From: the human T2T-CHM13v2.0 reference genome, Homo sapiens
Direction: 5' to 3' (one strand)
Length of the DNA: 64,000 bases
Assembly: GCF_009914755.1 (NCBI RefSeq)
Contig: NC_060925.1
The translations under genes were made by a program, and so were the position numbers. Positions within the stretch are counted from its first letter, which is position 1. Every line of letters starts with the position of its first letter. Positions 1-14,686 of the stretch are shown one piece after another. Below the pieces are notes generated by a model. It was given only the letters and a program-made list of their open reading frames with translations. It searched no databases and had not been told where the DNA came from.

Positions 1-700
1 TTGTGCTGTGTGATCAGAACTAGGAAAATCATTCAGCCTAAGAGAACAGACATAATTAAACAGAAAAGCAAAAAATTAGTGGTAAGAGGCCCAATATAAT
101 CTCTTAGGCTTTCCCTCCAACATGGGATTTTCTCTCCTATAGATGCCAACCCAACTGAAAGAACACACATGTGTTCCCCAGGTGACATCACCGAGGTCTG
201 GCCAGCCCTGGAGTTGGAAACCCTCTCCTCAGGCCCAAATCTCAATTCTGAAAATCCCGAATCTCAGGCTGTTGGGAGCAAACAAGCTAAGAAGTTATGT
301 AATTCAATACTGCTCTAAAAGCGATGTGAAGTCATGCAGTTTGGCTTGTCCTCAAGCATGGGCGTAACACTAATTTCTTCATTTGAACCAAAATTAAACT
401 CTACCGAAAACTGGGAGAATGTTAAATCAAGTGGCAGTTGTTCATTTAGTAAAGTATCAAATTTCACATCACCACGTGTGCACATCTTCCCCTTGCCCAT
501 AACCTGGCCCTCCAAGAAATCACTGACTCCATTCAAATTTCTGAAAGGTGAAATTTAGGCAGAAACTGGTGGGAGAGGCACCAAGGAGCCCCAAGGAAGT
601 CCAGCAACCCCCTTAATATTACCCCTTTGTTACAAGCTCTGAGAGTTATCCATGAGGAATTATTCTTGTAGGATTTTTTCCACAAGCATATACATACATT

Positions 701-726
701 CATATATATATATATATATATATATA
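701..726. repeat. (TA)n microsatellite
   Basis: Run of TATATA repeats seen directly. Confidence 0.95.
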
Positions 727-1265
727 GTTTTAAATATGAAAATCATCAATGGGGCAGCACAGGAAACAATTTCAACCGAAACGTGCTAGAATGGATTTTG
801 ATTTATTTAATCTCTATCCAGGACCTGGAAAAGTGAGACCACCATTGAATACCTCAGGGCAAGATAGAAGTAGAAAGGCAGGAGGGACAAATGGAGTTGA
901 GCCAGAAAGGGAGTTGGGAACCCTGAGCACTGACATTATGTGTGCCACACATTTAGTCGAGTTTGATGTCCTGTATATACCATTACAGCAAGTGTAGAGA
1001 GAAAAACAAAACAAATTGGTCAACTGAGCTTAACTTCAAGCAAAAGATTCAGTTGAGGAGTCTCACTGTGCCATTGTCTTTCAACAGGAGTCTTTAAAAG
1101 CCAAAGTGCTAGTTGTAGAAATGATGTGATGGGAAAACATCTCTCCTTGTTCTCAGTATCCACCCTGTTGTGCTGGGTTTTTGGGATTGTCAGACCCCAT
1201 TCCCAGGGTCCTCCCTAAAATCAGTGAGTGTTCCCAGTCCTGTGCTTCTTACATGAGGCCATTCC

Positions 1266-1625
1266 TGATATGATTTGGCCCTGTGTTCCCACCCAAATCT
1301 CATCTCGAATTGTAATCCCATAATCCCCATGTGTTGTGGGAGGGACATGATGGGAGGTAATTGAATCATGGGGGCTATTTCCCCCATGCTGTTCTCGTGA
1401 TAGTTAGAGTTCTCACAAGATCCAATGGTTTATAAGCATCTGGCATTTCCCCTGCTGGCACTCATTCTCTCTCCTGCCGCCCTGTGAAGAGGTGCCTTCC
1501 ACCATGATTGCACGTTTTCTGAGGCCTCCCCAGCCATATGGAACTGTGTCAATTAAAACTCTTTCCTTTATAAATTACCCAGTCGCGGGTATTCCTTCAT
1601 AGCAGTGTGAGAACAAACTAATACA
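1266..1625 (+). mobile_element. THE1D-like solo LTR (ERVL-MaLR)
   Basis: Starts TGATATGATTTGG...CCCACCCAAATCTCATCTCGAATTGTAATCC and ends GAGAACAAACTAATACA. 5-bp TSD ATTCC/ACTCC. Contains the THE1D-type ATAAGCATCTGGCATTTCCCCTG. Confidence 0.92.
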
Positions 1626-2368
1626 ACTCCTTATTTATCCTGTTTCCAGCCTCTAGTACGCAACTGAGCTTATGGCAATTTGAAAAATGTTTGCTAAATT
1701 GAAAAAGGGCATAGATGGGACTATAGCTCCAATTCTGCCACTGATACTATGGAAGTCAGTAAAATCACCTAACTTTCTCAGAGCTTTCTTTGTCAATAAG
1801 ACAAAAGCATTGGATTGGATGACCTGTAAAGTCCTGTTTTGTTTACTTGGCAAACCTAGAACCTAAAATCTAAACAAAGTCTGACATATAGAATATGTTC
1901 AGTAATTATTTGTTGAATTAATGAATAGACGCTTGCTTCCTGTTCATTGGTACAATCACAGAAAAACACATCAGGGCAACCAAAGAATCAGAAACAAAAA
2001 TTACAAATGACTTTACAGGTATTGAGAATACAGTGGTGTTGGGAAGACAGATACATGTGAATTATACTATTAGGTTGTAACATATGTGTGAGGTGCATTG
2101 AAAATATTGAGGTTACTAGTAACAAGAAAAAATGACTGGCTAAATCATTAGGTTGAACCACATGAACTGGGTTTTTGTTTTTGTTTTTGTTTTTTTGGTG
2201 GGCCAAAACTGAAAAAAAAAAAGGCTGACTATTGATTATTTCACATGAGGTTCACAGAGAATAGGACACAGGGAAAACAGACCTGGGGATTAGCAGAGAT
2301 CAAGGAAGCCCTGGAGGGACTAGAGGCAGAAAAGAGGAAACCCAATTGACTGTTGCAGGAATAGAGGG

Positions 2369-2725
2369 TGTCTTGGTACATTCAGGCTGCTGTCATCTAG
2401 ACTGGGTGGCTTATAAACAATGGAAACTTATTCCTCACAGTTTTGAAGACTATGAAGTCTAAGATCAAGGAACCAGCAGATTCAGTGTCTGATAAGACCC
2501 TGCTTTCTGGTTCATGGATGGTTATCTTTTCACTGCATCCTCACATGGTAGCAGGGCCAAGGGGCGCATCTCAGGCCACTTTTATAAGGGCATTAATTAC
2601 ATCCATAAAGGCTCTGCCTCCATGAACTAATTACTTCCCAAAGGCCCCACCTTCTACCACCATTACCTTGGGGTTTAGAATCTCAACATAAGAATTTTTC
2701 GGGGACAAGCATTCAGACCATAGCG
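2369..2725 (-). mobile_element. MLT1A0-like solo LTR (MaLR)
   Basis: GACTGGGTGGCTTATAAACAA...AAGTCTAAGATCAAGG...CATTCAGACCATAGC matches the reverse strand of MLT1A. Confidence 0.85.
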
Positions 2726-3055
2726 TCAGGGGAGTCACTGCTGAGACAGACACCACCACTCTGTGGAGGCTATGAGCATGGCCTCCTAATACTTCCTTAC
2801 TCAGTGCTTCCCTCATTCAAGATGGAAAGTTCCAGAAGAAAGAAATCAGTTGGCTGAACTTAGGTCATGAGCCAGTTCCTTTGCTAGAACATGGGATTTT
2901 AGGGAAAGAATCTGAGTTCCTTGGCTTCTGTGGTAGGAAGAGAAACAGGGAGTAGTTACTCTCCCAGCAAGACTGCCTACATAAAGAGAAAATGGTTACA
3001 CAAGAAAAGTTAAGTTTGTTAGGAAGAAATATGGAGGCTGGGCCACAATGTTTAG

Positions 3056-3475
3056 GTATTAGTTTGCTGGAACTGCTGGAACTAAGTACCACAAACTGGG
3101 TGGTTTAAACAACAGGATTTCATTGTGTCGGTTCTGGAGGCTAGAAGTCTAAAATTAAGGTGTTGACATGGGTGGTGTCATCTGAGGGCTGTGAGGGAAG
3201 ATCTGTTTCAGGGCCTCTTTTCTTGGTTTGTAGATGGCCATCTTTTCCCTGAATTTCTTCACACTGTCTTCCCTCGATATGTGTCTGATCTTGTGTCCAA
3301 ATTTCCCTTTTATAAAGACGTCAGTCATATTGGATTAGGGCCCACCCTAATAACTGCATTTTAATTTAGTCTCCTCCATAAAGACCCTATTTCCAAATAA
3401 GGTCATATTCTGAGGTACTAGGGGTCAGGACTCCAATCTATCCTTTCTAGAGAGGACACAATTTGACCTATAACA
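3056..3475 (-). mobile_element. MLT1B-like solo LTR (MaLR)
   Basis: AAGTACCACAAACTGGGTGG...TTCTGGAGGCTAGAAGTC...AAGACCCTATTTCCAAATAAGGTCATATTCTGAGG...ATAACA. Confidence 0.85.
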
Positions 3476-6400
3476 ATTTAACTCTGAACTGCAGAAGAGA
3501 GTGACTATTAATAGTTATTTCTGGGGAAATTCAAGGAATAATAAACTGAATGAAAAAATGGGCTTTACCAACCTGCTAAAGGCCAGATATTTCTGCCAGT
3601 AATGGGGAAAAATTTGAGTCAATTAGATCAATCTCTGTAACCCGGTCTTCTTTGTAAGACACTTTGAAAAAGTCTAGAGTTGTAGACTTTCAGAGCAAAC
3701 CTCGCACATTTCTGTATGGATGGGCACTTCCCCCTGTACTCACTGATCCCAAACCAGGGCACACAACAGTCACCTTGACAGCTTCTAAAATTACAGATTT
3801 TCAGGTCTATCCCAAACCTACTGGGTCAGACCATTTGGGGGAATAGAAAGGGAATTTTATAGTAAAGGAGAAATATATTCCAGGTAAATCTGATGCAGTA
3901 CAATGCTAGCATTTGTCAATTACTAACCAAGTGGGATATAAATGTACGAGGAAATCTTCGCAAAAATGAGGCCATTTCAATGAAAGATATTTTCATGATA
4001 ACTGCAAATATTTGAACTACTATCAGAAGATGAGGATCTATGATGTGGTCTGGTAACAGACTCATACTCACTTCTCCAGGAATCTCAATCATATCAACTC
4101 CATGCTCTGTTAAGAGATGGTTGTATATCTGCCCAGATCTCTAAAAGCAATGTTGCCCATCTCTAAAAAAAGAAGCATCTTTCTCCCCATTCTATTGCAT
4201 GGCAAGGTCAGGGTTGGAGGCCTTGGGAAAATGTCAAATATCAAACATGAAATGTTTAGAAGATCACGGTTTGTCATTTCCCAAAAAAGACGTATCCTAG
4301 GACAAAAAGGAGAATTGTTCCTTCACATGATGGTGCCTGCAAAAGGTTGCCATGGAAGTCTGGCGATTGGGGCAGTCTGTGATCCATCATCTCAACTAGA
4401 CATTTCCTGTGGGCTTGAAGCTTTCTATGGGAACTTTTTTGAATGTTTCTCTTGTAGAGAGCCCTTCCCTGGTGGCAGCTTTTGATTTTACTTCCCCAAC
4501 TAATGGTTTTGGCTTTGCTAGTAGTCCCCAGCCAACTCAGTCTCTTCAGTTAAAAAGAGCAATTCAATTCTGCAATTTTCTTTTCCAAAAATTAAATTAA
4601 TGAGTTGATTAGTTTTAGGTAGCCAAAATAATAATTATTATTTTTACATGTTCAACAACTGTTTTGGTATCTGCATATGCACCTTTAATGAGGAATGTTT
4701 CTGAGGTAAGAGGAACATTATCTGAGCTTACTACATTTGAAATGAATGTTTTCCCTACTATGTTGTAGTGTTTGGTTCAAGCATCTGTTTTCCTCCCCAG
4801 CACCTGTCTGCCTGGTGCAGAGGAAAGGAGAATGAATAAGCAAAGAACTGATTTGTCTGCGTAGCCCAGTATTTACTACTTAATTGGTTGCCAGGGACCA
4901 GATTGCCACAGTTTATTTCTGAAGAAAACAGACGTTGCAATGAGAATGTAAGTACTTGACCTCTGGAGTCGTGCGATAAAATGTGTGAAAATGTCAACTC
5001 ATAGTGCCTAGCACACAATAGGTGCTCCACAGATGTCCGTGTCCATTCTTCTTCTCCCTAATCATGTTATATGCTTACCTCATGACATCTTTCTTAGTGG
5101 CAAATCTCCCCCTACAGATAGCTTCTATGCTTTCTTCAAACCCATTCCAATGATGCTTGCTTGACAGCTATTACCTGGCCATCAGGCAACACTTGTGTAA
5201 GTTGCTCATCAATTAGGAGGCACTCACCAAAGCCAGCCCAGGTTCATAGATCCCTCTTCTATACTCACAACTCACCAATTACCCACTTCTTTTGGAAAGC
5301 TGCCCTGGCTACAACTGTGCCAGAGCACCCCAGAGGGGAATTGGCCATTGTCTGATGTCCTTGGAGGAAGGAAGGCATCTGCATTTTTAAGGGAAGGGGA
5401 AGACAGTGGTGTCCTGACACCTGTTGAAACTTTGGCATCCTGGGAGTTCACTCAGCTGGTTCTTAAAGGTTGTCTGTCTCTTGCCATGGCAGAACACAGT
5501 TGTTTTTAAGGAATGTTTGGATAAAACATTTTCCAGGCCACATTTATCCCCCTGCAGGACTATGTTATATGTGACAACATTCCAATTTTGAGGCATGACT
5601 TGTGCCAATCCAGACCGGCAATTAGAGCTGACACATTCCATGAGTTATTGGTCAAGCCCTCAAGAGACCAGAAAGAAAACAACAAAGGAAAACTTTACCA
5701 ATAAAGGGAACCAATTGGAGTTGTGCATGAAGCCTTCAAACAGAAGTTTCTTCCTCAACTTCTCTTGTCTTGTACTGTCTTACTATGTCTTCTGCCTAAA
5801 ACCTCCACAAGTCTAGGTGGGACATGGTGGTGTGTTGGATGCTGTGCAGTGTGGCTAAATGTGGTTGATCTTCGTGGTACAACACTTGAACATGGACCAC
5901 CTGAGCTGGAACTTGCAAAACTCAGGAACCATTTCTGACAAATATAGTTCAAAACCTCAAGTCACATCCAGTGACATCAAAGCCTGAAAGCAGCCCTTAC
6001 ACTATAAAGTGCAACAGAGGTGCATGGAAAGAAACTGTCTGCCCCCACCTCCATGACAATCTACTAATCATCCGATGTACAACGTGCACAAATTATGTAG
6101 TGAACCAAAATCCCTTCTGGAGAAGGTGCTGTGACATCATTTTCTAATTACAAATACCATTAACTTTTACCTAAGTCTCTCACACAAACAAAATGCTATT
6201 TCAAGGTTTCTATGATCTTTGGAAAAATCAACCAGGAGTTCAAAAAGGAAGCCTATTCCATGGATGGTTGTGGAAATTTCCATAGTTCTAGGGGCCTGAT
6301 TCTCTGATCACTGACCTATTTTTATCCCCTGAGTATCTATGCAAGTATAATTATAGGATGTATTCATTGAACCATTTGAATTAATAGGAAGTCTAAATGC

Positions 6401-6692
6401 AAGCTATCATTTAAGAATGCAATGTCAATGTTTTCAAGTATTCAGTGTGCAGTGACTCTAGAACAAAGTGTTATATAATAGAAGCTTTGGGAAATCACAC
6501 AAATGATGTAGATAAGACGCAGAAGAACTATTTTTAATTGTCAGCTTTTGGTATGTAAACAGCTTTTGAAGAGTTTTAAATTATTATCACATATGTTTAA
6601 TAAGTTCAGTGCAATCTTTTCAAGCTTTGTTAAAAAAAATTATTTCTGATACCACAGTCAACATACTGTCTTGGCACTATTTTAAAAATTCA

Positions 6693-7411
<719 letters not shown>

Positions 7412-8068
7412 CTATCCACAGAAATTTAATATATAAAACCAAAAACCCACATAGACTTATGATAAAGCAACAATAGATTACTAAATCAAGGATGATCTAT
7501 TGTATGTGGGGGTGACTTAAGTTTGTTTTTACAAATATTATTCAATTTTAAAAGCAAATCATTATGCACTTGGACAGCATTGAGAGAAGATGAGAAATGG
7601 TTGCCAGAGAAACATCTCTGTTTTGGGTAAAAATTTAAAATATGATCTCTATTATGTTCCTTATGGTTCCACACATAAAATACCACATAATAATTTCTCT
7701 TATAGTCAACTGTTAATAAAATATAAATCTTTCCTGATGTCACAGGAAACTTTCTTAAATGAGATTATAAGAATAAAATGCATAGATTATCTGTTTTTAT
7801 CTTGGCTGCCAGTGAGCTCAGAGCTAAATTTTATAGCTTACCACAGGCATTTCCTTAGCCTAGCCTAGGTTGTCAGGTAGAATTTTCTCCTTTTTCGTTC
7901 TCTGCTTTCTATTACTTAACCCCCATTCTGTTACCTCTCTTTTGCTGCAATTCATATTTTTCTGGAGATAGGAAGGAATGGGTAATACCAATAAAAGGAA
8001 AAATTAACATTAATGAAAATGAAGACCGTGCCAAGCTCAGTCTCCATATGTATAATTACAATTTCTAA

Positions 8069-8386
<318 letters not shown>

Positions 8387-8582
8387 TAGTGTGTTCTTTA
8401 CTAATAGAGTTTTGCTTCATTTTTACATATTTGTATGTTGTTCTTGTATTTTATCTGTATTTCCCGTCTTCATAATCTAATTTTTTTCCCCCTTGGGATC
8501 ATAGTCAGTGAGTAACACAATCATAGAAATCAGCAATTTGAGGGCTGTGAGATAGTTTCTTTATGTAGAAAGGCAACATTGA

Positions 8583-8920
<338 letters not shown>

Positions 8921-9224
8921 AAGAGAACATATCTTTAAGAATTACAGATTCTGTCTATAAAATAGCTAAGACAGTTTCTGGCATGTGGTAGAAAAGCATC
9001 TCAATAAATAGTAGCTTTTATACAAAGAAAGTGCTCTAACTTTCTTCCAGTGATATAGTAGGAAAGTTCTGGACTCAAAGCTGTAAGACATTATTAGTCC
9101 GGTTTTAGTTTTGTTGCTCACCAGATACATAAATACTATGGATACACCATTTAGTCTCAGAGAAAGTACTCTCCACTAGGAGTAGAATGAAAACTGCATA
9201 TATAGTTTAAATATTCTAGAATCC

Positions 9225-9594
9225 TGCTATGGTTTGAATGTGTCCTCCAGATTTCATGTGTTGAAAACTTAATTCCCAAATTTGCTTATCGATGGCATTT
9301 GGAGGTGGGGCTTTTGGGAGCTAAGTCAGATTAGATAGAGTCATCAAAGTGGTGTCCCATGATGGGACTGGTGGCTTTATAAGAAGAGGAAGTGAAACCT
9401 GAGTTGGCATGCTCTTGCCCTCACACCATGTGATGCCCTCTGCCATTTTACAGTGCAGCAAGAAAGCCCTACCCAGGTGCTAGCACCTTGATCTTAGACT
9501 TCTCAGCGTCCAGAACTGAGAAATAAAATTTCTTTTCACTATAAATTACTCAGTCTGTGGTATTCAAGTATAGCAATGGAAAACGAACTAAGAC
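9225..9594 (+). mobile_element. MST/MLT1A-type solo LTR (MSTD-like)
   Basis: TGCTATGGTTTGAATGTGTCC...GACTTCTCAGCGTCCAGAACTGAGAAATAAA...AACGAACTAAGAC. Confidence 0.85.
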
Positions 9595-9599
9595 CAATT

Positions 9600-9857
9600 T
9601 ATATTAAAAATGTAAAAAGAAGTGAAATTATTTTTAACAATATATTTTAACACAGTACAGCCAAAACATTATAATTCCAACGTGTAATTAATGTATAACC
9701 TTATTACTAATACATTTTATGTTATTATTTTTTAATCAAAAGTCTTCAGTATCTAGTGTGTATCTTACACTTAACCATACATCTCAATTTGAATAAGCCA
9801 CACTTTATGTGCTCAGTAGCCACATGTGGCTAGTGGCTACAGTACTAGATAGCACAG
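9600..9857. mobile_element. MER33/MER3-like hAT-Charlie MITE (partial)
   Basis: Characteristic end GTGCTCAGTAGCCACATGTGGCTAGTGGCTACAGTACTAGATAGCACAG. Confidence 0.8.
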
Positions 9858-10007
9858 AATTAAAACTTGTTTCCACTATTAAGAAATAGAAATAATTGTT
9901 AACAATACTGGCGAAGATGTGTGAAATGAACATCTTTCTGCAATGAAGTTAATTCATAAACATGCTTAACTCTTTTAGAACCAATTTTGACTATCAAGAT
10001 TGTTGTA

Positions 10008-11044
10008 AACCCATCTGACAAGGGATTAGTAACCAGAATACATAAGGAGCTCAACCACTCTATAGAAAAAAAACTAATAATCCAATAAAAAAATAGGCAA
10101 AATATTTGAATAGACATTTCTCAAAAGAAGACATGCAAATGGCAAACAAGCATGTGAAAAGGTGCTCAACATCACTGATCATCAGAGAAACGCAAATCAA
10201 AACTACAATGAGATACATCATCCCAGTTAAAATGGCTTATGTCCAAAAGACAGACAGTAACAAATGCTGGCGAGGATGTGGAGAAAAGAGAATCCTTCTA
10301 CAATGTTGGTTGGAATGTAAATTAGTACAATCACTATAGAAAACAGTTTGGAGTTTCCTCAAAAAGTTAAAAATGGAGCTAACATATGATCTAGCAATCA
10401 CACTGCTGGGTATATACCCAAAAGAAAGGAAATCAGTATATCAAAGAGATATCTGCACTTCTATGTTTATTGCAGCACTGTTTACAATAGCTAAGATTTG
10501 GAAGGAACCTAAGTGTCCATCAACAGATGAACTGATAAAGAAAATGTGGTACATATACACAATGGAGTACTATTCAGCCATAAAAAGAATGAGATCCAGT
10601 CATCTGCAACAACGTAGATGGAACTGGAGATCATTATGTTAAATGAAATAAGTCAGGCACAGAAAGACAAATATTGCATGTTTTCACTTATATGTGGGAT
10701 CTAAAAATCAAAACAACTCAACTCATGGACACAAAGAGTAGAAGGATGGTTACCAAAAGCTAAGAAGGAGAGTGGGAGGGTGAGGGGCAGGTGGGGATGG
10801 TTAATGGGTACAAAAAAAGTGGTTAAAAAGAATGAATAAGACCTACTGTTTGATAGTACAAGAGGGTAGATATAACTTAACTGTATATTTTGAAATCACC
10901 TAAAGAGTGCATTGGATTGTCCATAACTCAAAGTGTAAATGCATAATCTCCATAACGTGCTTATTTAATGCCTGTATTAAAACATCTCATGTACCCCATA
11001 AATATATACACTTATTATGTATCCACAAAAATTAAAAATAGAAA
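10008..11044 (+). mobile_element. 5'-truncated L1 (L1MA-type): ORF2 C-terminus plus 3'UTR
   Basis: ORFs 10106-10339 and 10373-10642 are frameshifted L1 ORF2 (NRHFSKED...[18 protein letters not shown]; MFIAALFTIAK.W..PKCPS). Has an A-tail. TSD AAGAT(T/G)GTT(G/A)TA at 9996-10007 and 11045-11056. Confidence 0.95.
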
Positions 11045-11779
11045 AAGATGGTTATACATAACTATACACATCCAGTAATGCTGTTTGTGGGAAATTATCT
11101 TAACAAAATAATCACAATAGCTCCAGGCACAAAGATATTCATTACAGTATTAATTATAGTTACAGAAAATTAAGATAATCCAGACTCCCAAATATATGGA
11201 TTTAGTTAGATGTATTACTTATGTAATATATATAGCACAGTATAACCCTACAGGGTAATATTACATAGTGGTTAAGATCACTTTGCATTAGAGAGATGGA
11301 AGTATTTTCAAGCTATGTTTTGGTGATAGTTGCACAGCAGAATGAATACGTTAACATTTGTCAAACTATACTCTTATGATTGAGTGAATGTTATAGTATG
11401 TAAATTATATGCCTCAATCGAGCTATTAAAATGCTATAGCAGAATATTTAGCAAAATGTAAAATGCTCACAATTGTTGGTTAAATTTTGCCAAAATCTCT
11501 ATATAGAAAAATAATGAGACACATAGTAAATTTGTAACAGTTGTTACCTAAGAGCAGTAAGATTTGGTGACACTGTCATTTTCTTTTTTGTGCTTTTCTA
11601 TACTTTCTAGATTTTCTATACAAATATTTAATAGTTTATCATTAGAAAGCAGAAATGTTACAAAATTGTTCATGAAGAATTGCTGATATCATACAAAAAA
11701 TATATCTAGTTCGATTTGAAGTGGCAAGCAGTATAGAAAAGTGCATGCAGAGAATAGCTGAACCTTGAGAAGAGCAAAC

Positions 11780-12030
11780 AATTCCATACTGCTTACTTTA
11801 TCAGGCACTGATTATCAGCACTATTAAGTGCTTCGCATTTATTAATACACGTAGTCTTTACAACAACCCTATGAGACAGAGTCTATTACAGTCTCCATTT
11901 CTCAGGTGAGTAATGTGAGATAACCAGAGAAGTAGATGGGCCAAAGTCATACAGGTCTTAAAAGGAGGAGCTAAGAATACAAAAGCAGGCAATGAGCTCC
12001 AGAGCCTACGCGCTGACCTGCTGCTATGCA
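11780..12030 (-). mobile_element. MIR
   Basis: ACAACAACCCTATGAG...CTCCATTT...CCAAAGTCATACAG...CTCCAGAGCC resembles the MIR core. Confidence 0.7.
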
Positions 12031-14443
12031 ATGCAGCAGAGAAACGGACCAAAAGGCTCACCGTTCTTATCTCTGTGTGATGCGAGACTAGTTCTTATCT
12101 CTTTGGGTTAGTATTATTTTTTGCTTTACTATCTTCACATAGTAAACACACATTATTATACTGACAGATATATTTTATTCAAAAGATAGAATCATTAAAC
12201 CACATCAATAACCCAAAGCTAATAAGCACTGCCTATGTCAAGGGGTTTGGTAAGGATTCCATATAAACGGAAAGGCCCTCTCTGTGTAAGGTAATGTGAC
12301 AATTTTGCTAGCATTGTGTCAGCACAGTGCGGGCCCTTGATTGTTCTTGCTGACTTTCTGAAGAGCCACGGGGTGGAGGGGATGAGGCCTGAAAGGGAAG
12401 TGCGTGGAGCTTACTTAGGCAGGTGGCCAAAATGGCGGCTTGGCCTCTGCAGCAGAAAGACACCGGGCAAAAGTGCATCTAGGATATTTGGGAATAAGAT
12501 TCAATTGTCTCGAGTCCATTGCCTTGAACCCTGGGTCTATTTCTCTTTTGTCTGTAGCCTGTCATCTGAAAAGTGTCGTGTTCCAAAAACATTTTATTCA
12601 TTAAATTTAGCCCCTGCCTTCCTCTCCTAAAAGTGGATCTGTGTTGTCCAGGTTTCTGACGCTCCCCCTCCTCTCCTGGAAGTCCCCTGGGCAAGACAGG
12701 AGTAAGTGCAGTGGTCGAGATCATGGCAGCAAAGGTGACCTTGTCTGCAAATTGCACATGTCCTTCCTTGCCACAGAGATGGGATTCCAAAACAGACCCG
12801 GTAAAAGCCAGTTGAGGAGTTTCACAGAGTCACAGCAGGGTGTTCAGCTTTATACATAGTTGTGGGATGACTCACTACCAAATGCTTCCTAAAAGAGACT
12901 CCTTAAGTTACGGTAACATTTTAGAATGGTATTTATAGTGCCAATAGAAAATAGGAGGGGCAAGTTATTTGGAGCATTGCCTTTTTCTGCACACTCTCCT
13001 CCCTGCCAGCTATTTCTCTTTTTCAGTTTTCACATCTTCTTTGTCCCCTGCCTGAAGGCAAAGCCTGCAAGAGACAGCCTTCTGATGGCCAAGGGGCTCT
13101 GCAGCTGACCCCATGTACTGGCAATAAACAACCTTTCAAATGTTCCCATTATATCCCCCTCTGTCCCAAATCCCCACCCTAGCCCCTCCAGCTAGACCCT
13201 CCAATCTGCTATGCTCCTTCCAACAGTTCTGTTCTCTGTTTATTAACAATTCAGATGTACTGTCTTGAAATGAGTGGAAATGCCAGAGGTTATTTGTTCT
13301 GGTTTCCTTCCACTGTGTATGCTCCGTTTCCGTGGCTGTCTGTTGGTTACCTAGGATATGGCCAGGGGAGGCAAAGGATTGGCCAGGAGCTTGGATGGAT
13401 TCCCTGGGAGGCTGTGGAGCAGGGCTTAGTGGTCAGTAGGATGCCCTAATTGAGTGCCTGATTAACGACTCAATGACCCCTTCTGGGCTGGGCTCACAGT
13501 GTCCTCTCTAGGACTCCAGGAGTTCCACATCCATACCCCTGTTTTGGCTCTTCTTCACTGGTATATAAATTTGTCTATCTGTCCACCACAAGGCTATAGG
13601 ATTCTCTAAAACAATGATTATATATTATTCTGTGTTGTGCCTGGCACAGTTCAAAGCACACAAATGGTGCTTGATATATGTAGGTCAAATTCATACCTAA
13701 ATAAGCACTTACTCTGGTTTTTCTCTTTTTTTAGTTTGAAATAATTTTGGCTTTTAACATTCCAATAATGATTTGGATGGAAAATACACCGCATATTTAT
13801 TAATCACCAATTGCATCGAGACCTTTTTAGCTCTATTAACTTCTTTACCCTTCAAAATGACTTTATGATAAAGTAGATATTATTATCATCCTCATCAAAT
13901 TACATATAAAATCACCATGTTCAGGGAGTGTAAGTAATTTTGCCTGAGATCTCTGTTAGGAAGTGGCGAAGCCAGGATTTGGGTCTCTGGGTGTCTTATT
14001 GCTTACACTGCTCCGTAAAGCCCCCAAACTAGACTGCTACCTATATGTATGCTTTAATCATGTGAATTCAACTGGAAAAATGTGCTGTTTTGAAAGTCAC
14101 TCAAAGAGTTAATACTGGAAATAAATGAATGGCTATGTGGAAATTTTAAAAGTTTATTATCATGGAAAATTTCAAACATATACAAAAGTAGCAAGAAGAG
14201 TACAGAAGCCTCATGTATCCTTTATTCATCTACAACTGCTTTATTTACATTATTCTTCACTTTCCCTTTTCCTCCACTGGATTATTTGGAAAGAAATCCC
14301 AGATAGTGACTCAATTGACTAAGATCTTTAAAATTGTTAACACAATGATATTTCTGCTCCTGGAACATAAACATGCTTAGACAATTTTGGTAAAACCATC
14401 CAAAGAAACTGATTCCCTCTGGTTGTTAGAACTATTCAGCTGC

Positions 14444-14686
14444 TGTGTGTGTGTGTATATATATATATATGAGTGTGTGTGTGTGTGTATATGTATATAT
14501 ATGTATATACACACACACATATATGTGTATATGTATATATGTATATACACATATACACATATATGTGTGTGTGTATATACGTATATATATGTATATACAC
14601 ATACATATGTGTATATATAAACAGCAGCCAAATGGTTGCTGTATATATATATGGCTATATATATATATATAGCCATATATATATGT
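14444..14686. repeat. Compound (TG)/(TA)/(CA) alternating purine-pyrimidine microsatellite with internal palindromes
   Basis: Seen directly. Perfect palindrome at 14643-14684. Confidence 0.95.

Noticed and set aside
4117-4485. 122-aa plus-strand ORF
   Set aside because: No recognisable homology or promoter context.
10106-10642. ORFs with a Cys-rich motif
   Set aside because: Frameshifted L1 ORF2 C-terminus in a 5'-truncated copy.
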